58,325 bases of DNA. Source: Candidatus Bipolaricaulota bacterium. GTDB lineage: Bacteria; Bipolaricaulota; Bipolaricaulia; UBA7950; UBA9294. The first letter of the stretch is position 1, and each line of letters opens with the position of its first letter. The notes beneath the pieces were generated by a model that made no database searches, was not told where the DNA came from, and saw nothing but the letters and a program-made list of their open reading frames with translations. Where the stretch lies: assembly GCA_040752575.1 (NCBI GenBank), contig JBFMGK010000046.1, positions 1 through 58,325 on the forward strand, read 5' to 3'. Of this stretch, positions 51,689 to 58,325 are shown piece by piece. The translations under genes and the position numbers were made by a program.

Positions 51689-51906
51689 CAAGGGAGCATT
51701 GAGTCCCGGGCCAACAGACCCGGTGTCAGGAACCACGCTATCCCTTTTCCTCCTTCTTTCGCAGATCCTTCGTCCGCACTTGTCCCCTGCCGAAGGTGAC
51801 GCATGTACCCTTCCGGGAGCAGGAATCTTCCCCGCCTCGGTCCTGGGTTTCCTCCTGTCATGGCGCTCTGCCCGGTAGCCTCTTGGCGAGCACCAAGGGA
51901 GGACGG

Positions 51907-52569
51907 ATGCAATCGACCGCCAGTGACAAAGTAAGCTTCGCCGGGCTCATGACGAGCCTCGGCGACCTGCTTCACGCCGACCGCGGCGAGACGATCTACC
52001 ATCCAGGCTCCCCGAGTACGTCGGTGTACTTGGTCGAGAAGGGGCGAGTGAAGCTCGCGTACCTCGACGAGAGCGGCAAGAAGCTCACGTTGTCGATTCT
52101 TGACCAAGGCGAGATCTTCGGGGAGATGTGTCTGGTCGGGGAGAAGTGCCGTCGGCATCTGGCCTCGGCCATCGACGACACCATCCTACGCTGCGTTCCG
52201 CAGAAGGAATTCGCGGACGCTCTGTGCACGGACCCGGATGCTCTGCAATGCCTGGTTCGTCACTTTGCGTATCGGATGCGCGAGTACGAGGAGACGCTCG
52301 AAGACCTTGCGTTTCGCGACATCCAGGCGCGCCTATCGAGGCAACTTCTCAAGCTGTCCGATGAATACGGTGTGGCCACGAAGGAAGGCATCCTGATTGG
52401 ATTTCCGGTCACGCACAAGGAGCTGGCCGACATGATCGGCTCGGCGCGGGAGAACACCACGCTCGCCCTGAACCGGTTCGAGCGCGAGGGAATCCTCGAC
52501 AAGAGCCGCTACCGAATCGTCATCAAGAACGAGGCCGGCCTGCGCGAAAAGGTGCAAGTGCAGGAGTAG
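51907..52569 (+). CDS. Crp/Fnr-family transcriptional regulator
   Basis: VYLVEKGRVK, GEIFGE, THKELADMIGSARENTT; RBS AAGGGAGG. Confidence 0.93.
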   Translation: MQSTASDKVSFAGLMTSLGDLLHADRGETIYHPGSPSTSVYLVEKGRVKLAYLDESGKKLTLSILDQGEIFGEMCLVGEKCRRHLASAIDDTILRCVPQKEFADALCTDPDALQCLVRHFAYRMREYEETLEDLAFRDIQARLSRQLLKLSDEYGVATKEGILIGFPVTHKELADMIGSARENTTLALNRFEREGILDKSRYRIVIKNEAGLREKVQVQE

Positions 52570-52767
52570 GCGATCTGAGGGTCCGATGAAGCGCGGCGCG
52601 AGGCATCCTCGTGCCGCGCTCCTCGTTGCGGAGCTGTACCCCGCCGGACGACAAGTGCACTCCCGCAGCAAGCCGCCGAGGTTGACCCATCCAAGTCGCG
52701 AGTTGACCCCTCGGCCTCGTCGGGTAGGATGTCCGCGGCCCGAAGGGGCGCGGACAGGGGTGGATCG

Positions 52768-53985
52768 ATGTCAGCGAAGATTGAGCGGATCGGCATCATC
52801 ACGAGCGGGGGGGACTGCGGCGGCCTCAATGCCGTCATCAAGGGGGCGGCGCTTGCCGCAGCCCGTGAGGGCGTGCGCGCGTTCATCATTCCCAATGGCT
52901 ACGCCGGGCTCTACAACCTCGTGGACTTCGAGCGCCTCGTGGAACTCACCCCCGAGCGGCTCATGGGCGTTGAGGCCGCAGTCGCGGGATCCGAAAGCGG
53001 ACACTCGCGCGTCCAGCTCAAGAAAGTCGGCGATCCACGGAAGTTCGAACGCATTCGCAAGGGCCTCGCGAAGTTCGAGATCGACGCGCTGGTGATCAGC
53101 GGCGGCGACGACACGGGCAGTGTGATGCTCGATCTCGCGCGCGAAGGCATGAAGTGCGTCCACGCTCCGAAGACGATGGACCTCGACCTTCAGACGTATT
53201 CCGTCGGAGCGGACTCCACGATACGGCGGATCGCCGACTATGGACGCGACCTCAAGACCACCGGGAGGACGCACAACCGCGTCATGGTCCTCGAGGTCTT
53301 TGGACGCTACGCCGGGCACACGGCATTCCGGGGGGGAATCGCCGCGGAAGCCGACGCGATCCTTATTCCGGAGATCCCCGTGGACTTCGACGTGCTCTAC
53401 GCGCACATGATGGAGCGCTACTGGACCCGCATTCGTGCGAGCGACGTCTTTGCCGGTACCTACCTCATCGTGGTCGCCGAGGGACTGACCGATGCCTCGG
53501 GGAGAGAACTCGTCGATGACGCTGCGGGGGTGGACGCGTTCGGACACAAGAAGCTCGCGGGGGCCGGGAAGTACGTGTGCGCGGAACTCACGCGGCGTCT
53601 CAAGGCCGACGGCGAAACGCGTGCGCGGATGCAGGCCACGGGGATGTACGTGGCGGGTCTCTACGAGGTCCCCGAAGTGAGGTCGGTCGTCCCGAGCCAC
53701 CTTGTGCGGTCGGGGCAGACGTCGTCGTACGACGTGAACTTTGGCATCGAGGCGGGGGCGGCGGCCGTGCTTCTCCTCCTCGCCGGCCACTCGGGCGTCA
53801 CGGTGGCCGGGGTTCACGGGCGAGAGATCCGTTACATGCAGACCGGGATCGCGATCCGGCAACGCTACGTCGACCTCGATCAGGTTGCCCTGCACGAGAA
53901 TCTGGGTACGTGCTTCGGCCGCCCGATTGGGCGCATGGAATTCGCGTTTGCCGAGGTAACCTCGCCCCCCGAGCGCTGTCTCTAG
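52768..53985 (+). CDS. 6-phosphofructokinase, probably PPi-dependent
   Basis: TSGGDCGGLNAVI, SGGDDT, PKTMDLD, EVFGRYAG, VAEG, DAFGH. Confidence 0.9.
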   Translation: MSAKIERIGIITSGGDCGGLNAVIKGAALAAAREGVRAFIIPNGYAGLYNLVDFERLVELTPERLMGVEAAVAGSESGHSRVQLKKVGDPRKFERIRKGLAKFEIDALVISGGDDTGSVMLDLAREGMKCVHAPKTMDLDLQTYSVGADSTIRRIADYGRDLKTTGRTHNRVMVLEVFGRYAGHTAFRGGIAAEADAILIPEIPVDFDVLYAHMMERYWTRIRASDVFAGTYLIVVAEGLTDASGRELVDDAAGVDAFGHKKLAGAGKYVCAELTRRLKADGETRARMQATGMYVAGLYEVPEVRSVVPSHLVRSGQTSSYDVNFGIEAGAAAVLLLLAGHSGVTVAGVHGREIRYMQTGIAIRQRYVDLDQVALHENLGTCFGRPIGRMEFAFAEVTSPPERCL

Positions 53986-53996
53986 CGATCGGGGCG

Positions 53997-54025
53997 CAAG
54001 AAAAGGCCCCGCTGCGCGCGGGGCC
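53997..54025 (-). terminator. Intrinsic terminator for nifJ
   Basis: Minus strand GGCCCCGC-gcgca-GCGGGGCC-TTTTCTT. Confidence 0.75.
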
Positions 54026-54066
54026 CAACCCTTAGGTCTGCGGGATGACGCCTGGCTTCTGCCCGG

Positions 54067-57710
<3,644 letters not shown>

Positions 57711-57900
57711 GTGCTGACGCCATCGCGTGCAGGCTCTGACAGAACCACCTGTAAATGCGCGGGGACAACTGACGGCCCAAGATGGGGGACAGGGAGGTGC
57801 TCTCCATCCGCCCGGCGGAAGGTCTAGCGGGGGGCCCGTCTAGGCATAACCGGGACTGGCACTTGTACACGCGAAAGCACCCAAAGGAGGTTGTGTCGCG

Positions 57901-58164
57901 ATGAAGAGGCTGGGGTTGATCGTTGTCCTTCTATCCTTGGTCCTGACGGTTGCCGGGACCGTTCTTGCGGATCCGATCCATGTCGGTGGAGGTCCGCGGC
58001 TGTTGAGCATGCCGATCCACGTCGGTGGAGGTCCGCGGCTGCTGAGTCTCCCGATTCACGTTGGAGGAGGCCCTCGGTTGCTGAGCCTGCCGATTCACGT
58101 CGGGGGCGGTCCGCAGCTTCTCTCCTCGCCGATCCACGTCGGAGGTGGGCCGATCGCCCAGTAA
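57901..58164 (+). CDS. Secreted repeat-peptide precursor: signal peptide + 5x PIHVGGGP
   Basis: AAAGGAGG RBS; MKRLGLIVVLLSLVLTVAGTVLA signal; 13-aa periodicity; only synonymous differences among cores. Confidence 0.88.
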   Translation: MKRLGLIVVLLSLVLTVAGTVLADPIHVGGGPRLLSMPIHVGGGPRLLSLPIHVGGGPRLLSLPIHVGGGPQLLSSPIHVGGGPIAQ

Positions 58165-58188
58165 ACTCGGTGGGTTCCTAAGATACGG

Positions 58189-58217
58189 CGGGGCGACGTG
58201 GTGGACTCGTCGCCCCG
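58189..58217 (+). terminator. Hairpin after peptide gene
   Basis: CGGGGCGACG-N9-CGTCGCCCCG, 10-bp perfect stem; weak U-tract. Confidence 0.55.
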
Positions 58218-58325
58218 ATCCTTTGGCAGACGGTGACAAGGGGGAGGTTTCGGGGCAGAATCGACAGGGCAGGTGCGTTGCGCGTTGGGCGGGCGTGCAA
58301 GAGGTGACGTGTGATCGAGGGTCTG

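Noticed and set aside
57973..58152. 39-bp periodic repeat as CRISPR array or VNTR
   Set aside because: No unique spacers or cas genes; variation is concentrated at third codon positions, so it is a coding repeat

Overview
High-GC chromosomal window from an anaerobe. The lone 16S gene and fermentative gene content suggest Ca. Bipolaricaulota/Acetothermia, but this is an unverified inference. Core genes: ECF sigma/anti-sigma, tungsten-type AOR with two ubiquitin-like proteins, glgB/glgC, PolX, CorA, transketolase, mgsA, TlyA, aminotransferase, ddl, an unlinked 16S rRNA gene, Crp/Fnr, PPi-type pfk and PFOR (nifJ). The accessory block (~16.8-32.7 kb) holds a decayed integron. Its intI is split by a HUH/Y1 transposase element with 27-bp terminal inverted repeats, and two degenerate attC sites and cassette genes follow. 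The block also has an 80-bp direct repeat bracketing a two-gene nucleotidyltransferase module. Best novelty candidate: an 87-aa ORF at 57901-58164 with a Sec-type signal peptide and five exact copies of PIHVGGGP that differ only synonymously at DNA level. It looks like a multi-core secreted peptide precursor (signalling or RiPP-like), and its partner gene may start at the window edge. No databases or folding tools were run, so all family calls come from motif recognition.
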